64,000 nucleotides of DNA from Parcubacteria group bacterium (GTDB taxonomy: Bacteria > Patescibacteriota > Minisyncoccia > Minisyncoccales > UBA10102). Where the stretch lies: positions 797 to 64,796 of the forward strand of contig JACQLT010000002.1 of NCBI GenBank assembly GCA_016203945.1, given 5' to 3'. This document shows, piece by piece, positions 8,403 to 15,396 of the stretch. Both the position numbers and the translations under genes were made by a program. Below the pieces are notes generated by a model that worked only from the letters and a program-made list of their open reading frames with translations, had not been told where the DNA came from and made no database searches. The first letter of the stretch is position 1. Each line of letters starts with the position of its first letter.

Positions 8403-9833
8403 TTACCGTTTAACTTTCACCCGCAAAAAAGCGGGGACATCCCATTTCTTCTCCTCTTCCTGGATCTCCTGAAGCTTCCCGTCCAGCTCCTGCTTGAGAT
8501 CTAGGGCGTTCTTTCTGGTTCTCTCTATTATTTCTTCCGTTTTCTCCTGTTGCCCGGCCAGGAGAATCTTTTTCACGCGCCTTGTTTTCTTTTGGACCAT
8601 ACGCGGTTTTTTCCGGGGCTCTACCGACTGCCTGCCGGCCCGCTTCGCCGAAACTTTAGCGAGGCGAGTAGGCATGGTTTTTTTCTCAGGTTCTCGGCTT
8701 ACTCTGAGTTTGTCGAAGGGCTGTTTTCCTGCCTTGCCGGCAGGCAGGCCTTCCACGCACCCCACGGCAAACAGCATAATCCTTAACTTGTCCCTGAACT
8801 CGGGGCGGAGTGTAATGCCCAGAATGATGCGGGCTTTTGGATTCAGGGAGAAAATTCCCCTGCTCACGTCAGCCACCTCATGCATCTTGACGTTCTTATC
8901 TGCTACCAGGTGAAAGAGAATACGGTCCGCTCCCTCCACCCCGTACTCGTGAAGAGAGTTCGCGAACAGTGCGTTCAGCGCCCCCTTTGCGCGCTCGGGT
9001 CCTGCAGAAACCGCAGCCGCAGCATACGCAAGGCGGCCCCTTCCCTCAAGGACCGACCGCACGTCTGCAAAATCAATATTGATAAGACCAGGACTATGCA
9101 GGGCGTCAATGAGCCCCCCCAAAGAATCGGCAAGGTTCCTGTTGAGCTGCGAAAGGGCTTGCGGAAACGGAGTGACCTTCTCTATGGTCTTAAAAATCTG
9201 CTCGTTCGGGATAACGGTGTAGGCGTTCACGAGCGGGCGGAGCTTCTCTAGCGACAAATTCGCGATGTCTTTGCGCTTCTTTCCCTCGAACTCAAAGGGT
9301 AGGGTAAAAATGCCAAGCACCAGGTTTTTCGCTTCCCGGGCTGCTTCTGCGAACACGGGAACCGCCCCGGATCCCGTTCCTCCTCCCAGAGAAGCTATGA
9401 GAATGGAGATGTCCTGCCCTTCAAAAAGTTTCTTGATGCGGTCTTTCTCAGATCGCGCCGCCTGCTCTCCAAGACCCGCATCCATGCCGCAGCCCAGGCC
9501 TCGCGTGAGCTTCTGGCCGAAAGGAAATACGCGGACTTTCCCGGAAACTTTCTTTAAGTCCTGCATGTCGGTGTTGGCCGCGAAAAAATCAGCCCTCGGG
9601 ACGCGAGACGCGATCTCCTCGACGATATTGCTTCCGCCTCCTCCGACGCCAACCACCCGGATTTTGGTCCGAGGGATATCAAACGAAGCGTCTGATTTTT
9701 TCTGCGTCCGCTTTGCCGAAGCTCCAGCGAGGCGAGCCGATTTTCTGGTCTTCTTTGCAGATCTGCGCTTTGCCTGCCTCGCCGTAGCTCGGCGAAAGCG
9801 GGTGGCCTTCTTGTTCCTACGGGCCTTTGACAT
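8403..9833 (-). CDS. ftsZ: cell division GTPase FtsZ with long basic N- and C-terminal extensions
   Basis: VVGVGGGGSNIV and GGGTGSGAVPV tubulin signatures; terminal WDVPAFLR matches the conserved FtsZ C-terminal peptide. ATG 9833 is preferred over TTG 9842 because of the promoter geometry. Confidence 0.9.
   Translation of the reverse strand: MSKARRNKKATRFRRATARQAKRRSAKKTRKSARLAGASAKRTQKKSDASFDIPRTKIRVVGVGGGGSNIVEEIASRVPRADFFAANTDMQDLKKVSGKVRVFPFGQKLTRGLGCGMDAGLGEQAARSEKDRIKKLFEGQDISILIASLGGGTGSGAVPVFAEAAREAKNLVLGIFTLPFEFEGKKRKDIANLSLEKLRPLVNAYTVIPNEQIFKTIEKVTPFPQALSQLNRNLADSLGGLIDALHSPGLINIDFADVRSVLEGRGRLAYAAAAVSAGPERAKGALNALFANSLHEYGVEGADRILFHLVADKNVKMHEVADVSRGIFSLNPKARIILGITLRPEFRDKLRIMLFAVGCVEGLPAGKAGKQPFDKLRVSREPEKKTMPTRLAKVSAKRAGRQSVEPRKKPRMVQKKTRRVKKILLAGQQEKTEEIIERTRKNALDLKQELDGKLQEIQEEEKKWDVPAFLRVKVKR
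8643..8668. repeat. GC-rich repeat copy (core CCGAAaCTTTAGCGAGG) in frame in the ftsZ C-terminal linker
   Basis: cttcgccgaaactttagcgaggcgag is 22/26 identical to 9711-9736. Translated as RLAKVSAKR. Confidence 0.7.
9711..9736. repeat. GC-rich repeat copy (core CCGAAGCTCCAGCGAGG) in frame in the ftsZ N-terminal extension
   Basis: ctttgccgaagctccagcgaggcgag, translated as ARLAGASAKR. Confidence 0.7.
9774..9798. repeat. diverged inverted copy of the same repeat in the ftsZ N-terminal extension
   Basis: rc = ctttcgccgagctacggcgaggcag, which resembles ctttgccgaagctccagcgaggcgag. Forms an inverted pair with 9711-9736. Confidence 0.5.
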
Positions 9834-9841
9834 ATTCTTCA

Positions 9842-9870
9842 AGTGTAGGGACCGGGTTGTTCTTTGTCAA
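9842..9870 (-). promoter_or_regulatory. ftsZ promoter TTGACA-N17-TACACT, 8 nt from ATG 9833
   Basis: rc of 9865-9870 = TTGACA and rc of 9842-9847 = TACACT. Only TGAAGAAT separates the -10 from the ATG. Confidence 0.55.
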
Positions 9871-10041
9871 ACCTCGTAGTAGAAATTTGATAATGCCCCA
9901 GATGATTTCTGGATCTGTTCTATGTAAACACGTTGTTCTCTTGCATTGACGCTTGTTTATCATATTGATCCGTACGGACATTAGATAGAAATTATTTTCA
10001 AATTTTCACTACGGGGTTGTACCCCCAGGCGCGTTTCCACG

Positions 10042-10074
10042 CAAAACAAAACCCCGCACGCAAGGCGTACGGGG
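10042..10074 (-). terminator. rho-independent terminator after the zinc-ribbon micro-ORF
   Basis: Minus strand: CCCCGTACGC-CTT-GCGTGCGGGG followed by TTTTGTTTTG. Confidence 0.7.
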
Positions 10075-10102
10075 AATTGGATGCTACCTATCTTAAGAGA
10101 TC

Positions 10103-10228
10103 TCAGCGAGCCGGACGCTTTGACTTGTAGCACTCTTTGCAGAATATCGGGCGACCTTCGGCTGGCTGAAAAGGCAACTCGGTAATTTTTGTCCCGCACT
10201 CAGAGCACTGCCAGTCTCCCTGGATCAT
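10103..10228 (-). CDS. stand-alone CxxC-x18-CxxC zinc-ribbon micro-protein (41 aa; 52 aa if GTG 10261)
   Basis: Below the 60-aa cut-off of the ORF track. Hand translation: MIQGDWQCSECGTKITELPFQPAEGRPIFCKECYKSKRPAR. GAGG lies upstream of the ATG. Own promoter and terminator. Confidence 0.65.
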   Translation of the reverse strand: MIQGDWQCSECGTKITELPFQPAEGRPIFCKECYKSKRPAR

Positions 10229-10316
10229 CGGCCTCGCAAAGGGTTTGTTGTTTTCTTCCACTGAATTGAAAAGTCAAATGGATATGTGATGTACCTCGAC
10301 GCGTACAGACAATCAT

Positions 10317-10345
10317 AGTATGGTATCCGTCTGCGCGAATGTCAA
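10317..10345 (-). promoter_or_regulatory. promoter TTGACA-N17-CATACT for the zinc-ribbon micro-ORF
   Basis: rc of 10340-10345 = TTGACA and rc of 10317-10322 = CATACT. Confidence 0.45.
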
Positions 10346-10354
10346 GTAAAGAGC

Positions 10355-10831
10355 TTATTGCACCCAGAGCAGTTCCACTTCAAACACGAGCGTTGAATTG
10401 GCGGGGATGCTGCCCACTGCGCGATCTCCGTAGGCTAATGCGGGAGAAATAGTGAGCTTTCGCTTCCCTCCCACTTTCATTCCCGGTATCCCCTGCTCCC
10501 ATCCTTCAATGACGCTCCTCTGCCCGATGGTGAAAGAGAAGGGCTCTCCGCGGTCGAGCGAACTGTCAAACTTCTTCCCGTCCGCCAAGGTTCCCGTGTA
10601 ATGCACGGATACCGTGCTCCCGGTTTTTGCTTCCGTTCCCGTCCCCACTACGATTTCCTCAATCCTCAATCCGTTTGGCTGTTCCATAGTTGGTGGTATA
10701 AATTGATCTTCTTGTGTCTGGAGGTTCAACAACCCCTTATTCTCCGAAGAGAAGCTGTCCGAGAACACGAAGTAGAGAATCCCTCCCGCGATGATAACGA
10801 CTCCGATACTCAACAAATGAGATAGTTTCAT
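10355..10831 (-). CDS. membrane-anchored FKBP-type peptidyl-prolyl cis-trans isomerase
   Basis: N-terminal TM, then VSVHYTGTLADGKKFDSS and GWEQGIPGMKVGGKRKLTISPALAYG. Confidence 0.92.
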   Translation of the reverse strand: MKLSHLLSIGVVIIAGGILYFVFSDSFSSENKGLLNLQTQEDQFIPPTMEQPNGLRIEEIVVGTGTEAKTGSTVSVHYTGTLADGKKFDSSLDRGEPFSFTIGQRSVIEGWEQGIPGMKVGGKRKLTISPALAYGDRAVGSIPANSTLVFEVELLWVQ

Positions 10832-10835
10832 ATTG

Positions 10836-12077
10836 CTATCTATACGAACGATGGCTTCTATCCTGATAGCCGCTTCTTCTTCGGCTCCACGGCCGCTGCT
10901 GAGACCTATACTGCGGCCTGGGAGCTACAAACTGGACCCGCGGAAGCTCGGGAAGCCTAGATATTGGCAGAGGTTTTCGGATGAGGCGCTCAATCGCACG
11001 CACCTCGTGCTGTTCCTGGGGCATGGCAAAGGTAATGGCATGGCCCTGTGCTCCTGCGCGCGCAGTCCTGCCGATGCGATGGACGTAGTCGTCTGACGTG
11101 GAAGGCAAGTCATAGTTAATCACCAGTTCAATGCCCACAACGTCAATGCCGCGGGAAGCGATGTCTGTTGCGACGAGCACGCGGTATCTTCCCGACTTGA
11201 ATCCTTCAAGGGCCTGCCTGCGCTGGCCCAGTGTCCTGTTTGAATGGATCTCTGCTGCCGCAACGCCGAGATTCTTAATGTGCCGCAAGATCTTGGTGGC
11301 CCCGTGTTTCGTCCTTGAGAACACCAGGGTCGGACCTTGATATGTCTCAAGCAGCTTTCCCAAAAGCGCTATCTTTTGTTCCCTGGGAACGATGAAAAGC
11401 TCTTGAGTGACGCCTTCTACGGTGGTGCCGCTGGGAGCCATTTCCACCCGCACCGGAAGCTTCATGGAAGCCGCGGCTATCTTCATGATCTCAGGCGGCA
11501 TGGTGGCTGAAAACAGCATGGTCTGGCGCTCTTTGGGAAGGCGCTCTAAAATCTTCCTGATCTGGGGAAGGAATCCCATGTCAAGCATGCGGTCGGCCTC
11601 GTCCAGCACGACGATACCCACTTCGTCCAGGCGAATGGTCCGCTGTTCTAAATGATCGATGAGTCTGCCCGGGGTCGCAATGATGATATGGGGCCTTTTG
11701 GAAAGGGCATGGATCTGGGGGCCTATGGAAAGCCCGCCTATAAGGACGGCGGTCCTCAATCCCAACACGCGGCTCATCTTCTGTATCTCTTCGTCAACCT
11801 GAAGGGCAAGTTCTCTGGTGGGGACGACGATAAGACCGCGCTTGCGTATCTGCTCCAAGCGCTGAAGCATGGGGATGCCAAAGGCAAGGGTCTTGCCGGT
11901 TCCCGTCTGCGCGATGCCCACCATGTCTTTCCCCTGAATTGCAATGGGAATTGCCTGGGATTGAATAGGCGTGGGTTCTGTAAACTTAAGACGCCGGAGT
12001 ATTTCTAAAATAGCCGGGGCAATGCCCAAGCCGTAAAAACTTGAGTTCGCCGCATGATATTGAACGCGGTTTTGCAT
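10836..12077 (-). CDS. DEAD-box ATP-dependent RNA helicase
   Basis: AQTGTGKT, VVLDEADRM, FSATMP, HRIGRTARAG; basic C-terminal tail. Confidence 0.93.
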   Translation of the reverse strand: MQNRVQYHAANSSFYGLGIAPAILEILRRLKFTEPTPIQSQAIPIAIQGKDMVGIAQTGTGKTLAFGIPMLQRLEQIRKRGLIVVPTRELALQVDEEIQKMSRVLGLRTAVLIGGLSIGPQIHALSKRPHIIIATPGRLIDHLEQRTIRLDEVGIVVLDEADRMLDMGFLPQIRKILERLPKERQTMLFSATMPPEIMKIAAASMKLPVRVEMAPSGTTVEGVTQELFIVPREQKIALLGKLLETYQGPTLVFSRTKHGATKILRHIKNLGVAAAEIHSNRTLGQRRQALEGFKSGRYRVLVATDIASRGIDVVGIELVINYDLPSTSDDYVHRIGRTARAGAQGHAITFAMPQEQHEVRAIERLIRKPLPISRLPELPRVQFVAPRPQYRSQQRPWSRRRSGYQDRSHRSYR

Positions 12078-12085
12078 GCGCCTGC

Positions 12086-12114
12086 AATATATCGCAAAAC
12101 AGAGAAACTATCAA
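12086..12114 (-). promoter_or_regulatory. promoter TTGATA-N17-TATATT, 8 nt from the helicase ATG
   Basis: rc of 12109-12114 = TTGATA and rc of 12086-12091 = TATATT. GCAGGCGC, then ATG at 12077. Confidence 0.5.
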
Positions 12115-12142
12115 GCTCGATAAATTTTATCCGGAAATAGAA

Positions 12143-12481
12143 TTATAACCCGGAGAGGTCGCTTTCTATCGCTTCGAGTTCGGCATCAAGTCCCGAAAGA
12201 TCGGTTTCGTTGAGATCGGCCTTAATGGCATCAAGCTCGTCGGAAGTTCGCACGCTTTGCAAATCTTTTGCGGTTGCGTCTTCCCCAGAAGGAATGGCGA
12301 GTCCTTCGGCTTGAAGCGCCTGCTGTTCTTCTTGAGTCAACTCAATCGGAGTTAAATCCTGCTCAATCGTAATGGACTCCTTCTGATACGAAGGGCCACG
12401 GTTCAAGAAAAATAATATTCCTCCCGCAACAACAACGAGGATAATGATTACACTGATAAGTTTGTTTTTGCTTATGGTCAT
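12143..12481 (-). CDS. hypothetical TM-anchored acidic protein
   Basis: N-terminal TM (LISVIIILVVVAGGILFF) and a D/E-rich ectodomain. ATG follows the upstream stop by 2 nt. Confidence 0.5.
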   Translation of the reverse strand: MTISKNKLISVIIILVVVAGGILFFLNRGPSYQKESITIEQDLTPIELTQEEQQALQAEGLAIPSGEDATAKDLQSVRTSDELDAIKADLNETDLSGLDAELEAIESDLSGL

Positions 12482-12483
12482 GA

Positions 12484-13899
12484 TTATATACTGGTATTTG
12501 ATCTGGAACTGTTGTAATCGTCGGCTGCTTGTGCATGCACCTCAATAATTATGGCGCGGAGGTTTTCTATGTCTGTTTTAAGCTCCGCGGCTATGGCGCG
12601 GGCTTCTTCCGCAACTCCTCCTACATTTTCGCCCAAAAGCAGCGATTCATATTTCGCCTTAAGCTCTTCCATCTTTGCCTCGTTTTCAACGCTCATACTT
12701 TTAGCTTTCTCAATAAGCGGGGCTGTTGATGATGTATCAATCCCTTGCGCTTCAAGTTTTAGAATCCGCAATTCCAGCCGGCCTAAAATATGGTCAAACC
12801 GGGCCATTGCCGAGCGGTAACGATTGAGCATGCGCAATCCTTTGCCGTGGGCAACGGCAATGCGCGCCGTTTTTCCGTGATCCACATGGCCTATTGTTGT
12901 TTCAACATTTTCTCGGAAATTATCGCGAAGCGCTTTTGCGGCTTCATGAACTGCGGGCTCACGAACCTTCTGTACGGCCGGCAGTAATAAAGCGGATCGT
13001 TGTAGATCTGATAGCGCCGAATCGGTCTGATGTAAGAGCGCCCGCTCCAGTCCCAACACATCCGCAATCAAACCCTTGTCTTCCACAGCCGCAAGCAACT
13101 CAATGTCGCCCTCAACAATCTTTTTTACGGTCAGAAGCGACTGGATTGCCTCTTCTTTTCTGCCGTCTTTGATCGCCTTCTCTGCCTCAGTCGTCACGTC
13201 CGCCCTGCTCTTTGCATGGTCCCCAACCGTTATGCATACCTTTGTATCACAACCCTTGAGCCGTTCCTGTATCTTCCCAATGGTATTCTGCATCAACTCA
13301 ATCTTTTTACCAGGGATTCCTTGAATTTTAATATATGATTTAGATTGCGGGGTATCTCCTGCGCTAGGAGCAGAAACTTTACGTTGGTTTCCATCTGTAT
13401 CCTCAATCTGTGTTTCTCCTGCAGGTGCCGATTTAGTGTTGGATTTGGACTCGTTGTAGTTCTTTCCCGCGGCTGGAGCAGGAACCGCCCCTGAAGTAAA
13501 TTCTTTTTCGGGAGAATCAGCTCTGCGATCGGGAAAGCCGTGTGCGTTACCGTCTCCTGCAGATTCTTTTGTAGCAGAATCAGCTCCGGCGCCAAGCTCA
13601 TCAAGTTTTGTTAAAACTTCCTGGATGCCAGGGTCGCTTACACCAAATCTAACTAGCATCGCCCTGAGGTCAACCGTGCTAATGCCTCGAGCAAGAGCAT
13701 CCGTCACCTCATTGATCTCCGCGCCGCCAATGCCGTAGCGCAAAAGAATATCTCCAACGTGTTTGTTTGCTATTGGTATGTTTACTACTGATATTGAGGT
13801 ATTTGACCTCGAGCTGTTGTAATCGTCGGCAGAAAATACAGCCGCAGCAGAGAGTACCGCTGCCCCCACGATGAATATTGTGATTATTTTTATACGCAT
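12484..13899 (-). CDS. hypothetical secreted protein with identical 13-aa terminal peptides
   Basis: Signal peptide MRIKIITIFIVGAAVLSAAAVFS. ADDYNSSRSNTSI follows it directly and recurs as the last 13 residues. Helical C-terminal half; no family recognised. Confidence 0.6.
   Translation of the reverse strand: MRIKIITIFIVGAAVLSAAAVFSADDYNSSRSNTSISVVNIPIANKHVGDILLRYGIGGAEINEVTDALARGISTVDLRAMLVRFGVSDPGIQEVLTKLDELGAGADSATKESAGDGNAHGFPDRRADSPEKEFTSGAVPAPAAGKNYNESKSNTKSAPAGETQIEDTDGNQRKVSAPSAGDTPQSKSYIKIQGIPGKKIELMQNTIGKIQERLKGCDTKVCITVGDHAKSRADVTTEAEKAIKDGRKEEAIQSLLTVKKIVEGDIELLAAVEDKGLIADVLGLERALLHQTDSALSDLQRSALLLPAVQKVREPAVHEAAKALRDNFRENVETTIGHVDHGKTARIAVAHGKGLRMLNRYRSAMARFDHILGRLELRILKLEAQGIDTSSTAPLIEKAKSMSVENEAKMEELKAKYESLLLGENVGGVAEEARAIAAELKTDIENLRAIIIEVHAQAADDYNSSRSNTSI
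12487..12525 (-). repeat. C-terminal ADDYNSSRSNTSI coding copy
   Basis: GCC GAC GAT TAC AAC AGT TCC AGA TCA AAT ACC AGT ATA. Confidence 0.85.
13792..13830 (-). repeat. N-terminal (post-signal) ADDYNSSRSNTSI coding copy
   Basis: GCC GAC GAT TAC AAC AGC TCG AGG TCA AAT ACC TCA ATA. Same peptide; differs from 12487-12525 only at synonymous sites. Confidence 0.85.
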
Positions 13900-13921
13900 A
13901 AATTTGTATGCTGATATTTCA

Positions 13922-13949
13922 ACTTTACCTTATCTGGTGATAGCGTCAA
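13922..13949 (-). promoter_or_regulatory. candidate promoter TTGACG-N16-TAAAGT upstream of the 471-aa gene
   Basis: rc of 13944-13949 = TTGACG and rc of 13922-13927 = TAAAGT. 22-nt leader without an obvious SD. Confidence 0.35.
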
Positions 13950-13996
13950 GAGGAAAAAAACGGCTGTGCGTGTCTGACTTGCACAGCTATGCAGGG

Positions 13997-14029
13997 GTCT
14001 CGGTCACCTGACTTAGCATATGACGGCTG
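13997..14029. repeat. 33-bp direct repeat, distal copy
   Basis: gtctcggtcacctgacttagcatatgacggctg, identical to 15049-15081. Confidence 0.9.
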
Positions 14030-14121
14030 TGTACCTTGGCCTAGAACCAAGGGGTTAAGAGGGATTTCATGGATTTCTAGGGATGTCTCATTGACCCGTC
14101 TCGGTCACACGATCAAATGGA

Positions 14122-14283
14122 CTAAGTAAATAAAAGTTTGAATATCTCAAATATGATCCAGGTAGTAATAAAGCCAATGCCGTACAAAAGCAAAAAACTT
14201 AGAAACGAACGTTTTTTATTGATACCAAAACTAACAACAAGTACTTCTACAGCAGCAAGTATTGCAATAAAATCGAAATTCAT
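14122..14283 (-). CDS. hypothetical 53-aa two-TM micro-protein
   Basis: Not in the ORF track (<60 aa). MNFDFIAILAAVEVLVVSFGINKKRSFLSFLLLYGIGFITTWIIFEIFKLLFT. ATG lies 1 nt after the upstream TAA. Confidence 0.35.
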   Translation of the reverse strand: MNFDFIAILAAVEVLVVSFGINKKRSFLSFLLLYGIGFITTWIIFEIFKLLFT

Positions 14284-14284
14284 A

Positions 14285-14458
14285 TTATTTTTCTAATCCT
14301 TTTTCGTGTAAACAATTCTCATGGAGAACTCCAGCGAATTCTTTTTTAGCACACTCTTTTCTGATTTGCGTCGGCCGCCACTCATACCAATAAAAAACAA
14401 ACTCTAAAACTATAAGCAGTATTAAGACGATGTATTTATATTGTTTTATTTTTCCCAC
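14285..14458 (-). CDS. possible 57-aa single-TM micro-protein (GTG start)
   Basis: VGKIKQYKYIVLILLIVLEFVFYWYEWRPTQIRKECAKKEFAGVLHENCLHEKGLEK. The only possible start is a GTG, with no SD. Confidence 0.2.
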   Translation of the reverse strand: MGKIKQYKYIVLILLIVLEFVFYWYEWRPTQIRKECAKKEFAGVLHENCLHEKGLEK

Positions 14459-14530
14459 ATACTTAGTTGAAGTCTATTTTAATGCAAGAGTATCTTAATC
14501 TATTCGTCTCGGTCGAGATTCTATCCAAAA

Positions 14531-15043
14531 TTATGGTGTTAATCGAAGCACTTTCTCAATAATGGGAAAAGCGAGAAAAAGAACCCATAATGATAAAATA
14601 ATATTTCCAGCCAGATATGCCGGTCCAGCTAAATGCGAGTTGAAATATGGGATAAAAGGAATAGCAATTAGCGCCAAAGCCACATTAGATAAGCAAACAA
14701 CTGCGAACGTCTTTAAATCAATTGTAAGTTCTCGCATGGAAGCTTCTATTTTTGTTATATCTTCGGCAATAACCCCTATAGGGACACTCATCCTATCTCG
14801 CTTCGTCTGATCTCGTTGCAATTTGAATACGGCAAGCATCCCCAAGAAAGCTACCAACGCAACAAATCCTTGGACTATGGTGCTGAACGAATAGTAGTAA
14901 ACATACGAACCTCCTTGTCCAAAGAGAGCCGTAAGGTCAAAAAGACCCTTCAGCAAATACGTAACTAGCCCACTCAAAAGAAACGGCATTATAATATGAC
15001 CGACTCTATATTTCCGCATAATTTTCTTTAATTTATTAGTCAT
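14531..15043 (-). CDS. hypothetical 4-TM membrane protein
   Basis: 170-aa ORF in the AT-rich islet with four hydrophobic helices. No family recognised. Confidence 0.55.
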   Translation of the reverse strand: MTNKLKKIMRKYRVGHIIMPFLLSGLVTYLLKGLFDLTALFGQGGSYVYYYSFSTIVQGFVALVAFLGMLAVFKLQRDQTKRDRMSVPIGVIAEDITKIEASMRELTIDLKTFAVVCLSNVALALIAIPFIPYFNSHLAGPAYLAGNIILSLWVLFLAFPIIEKVLRLTP

Positions 15044-15048
15044 AACGC

Positions 15049-15081
15049 GTCTCGGTCACCTGACTTAGCATATGACGGCTG
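15049..15081. repeat. 33-bp direct repeat, tRNA-proximal copy
   Basis: Identical to 13997-14029. Its last 3 nt are the 3' end of tRNA-Gln. Confidence 0.9.
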
Positions 15082-15149
15082 CGGGACCAGGATTCGAACC
15101 TAGATTAACGGATTCAGAGTCCGCTGTCCTACCATTAGACGATCCCGCA
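15079..15149 (-). tRNA. tRNA-Gln (anticodon CUG)
   Basis: rc: TGCGGGA-TC-GTCT..GGAC-A-GCGGA-CTCTGAA-TCCGT-TAAT-CTAGG-TTCGAAT-CCTGG-TCCCGCA-G. The U1-A72 pair is typical of bacterial tRNA-Gln. Confidence 0.88.
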
Positions 15150-15389
15150 ATGTTTCATTTTCGCTTTTAATGCGCGCTTCCCTTTTGCTGTTTTATAAAA
15201 TCGCTCGATTCTAAATGCCTCATATTTATCTTCGTATTGTTCAGAATAGATTAATTTTATTGGCAACCTATTCTTTGTAGAACGAACTCTTCCTGACTGA
15301 TGAATTGCGATTCGCTTGTTTAAATCTTCGGTGCATCCGATGTACAGATTACCATCTCTCTCGCTTCTCAAAATATACACCGTATGCAT
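15135..15389 (-). CDS. GIY-YIG (URI-domain) nuclease, 84 aa
   Basis: VYILRSERDGNLYIGCTEDLNKRIAIH..., with downstream R and E residues of the GIY-YIG fold. The last five codons plus stop (TGC GGG ATC GTC TAA) are nt 1-15 of tRNA-Gln. Confidence 0.85.
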   Translation of the reverse strand: MHTVYILRSERDGNLYIGCTEDLNKRIAIHQSGRVRSTKNRLPIKLIYSEQYEDKYEAFRIERFYKTAKGKRALKAKMKHCGIV

Positions 15390-15396
15390 ACTATAT

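Larger units (their letters stand above)
14030..15048. other. AT-rich islet bounded by the 33-bp direct repeats
   Basis: Visibly lower GC than the flanks. Encodes only small membrane proteins. Abuts the 3' end of tRNA-Gln. Confidence 0.45.

Noticed and set aside
9981-10199. 72-aa minus-strand ORF from the track
   Set aside because: It reads through the terminator hairpin at 10052-10074 and has no motifs. A different frame in the same region encodes the CxxC zinc-ribbon micro-protein with proper signals.
12484-13899. Diversity-generating retroelement (template/variable repeat) explanation for the two terminal repeats
   Set aside because: The differences between the copies are synonymous and not adenine-specific. 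The copies lie at both ends of the same ORF. No reverse transcriptase is in the window.
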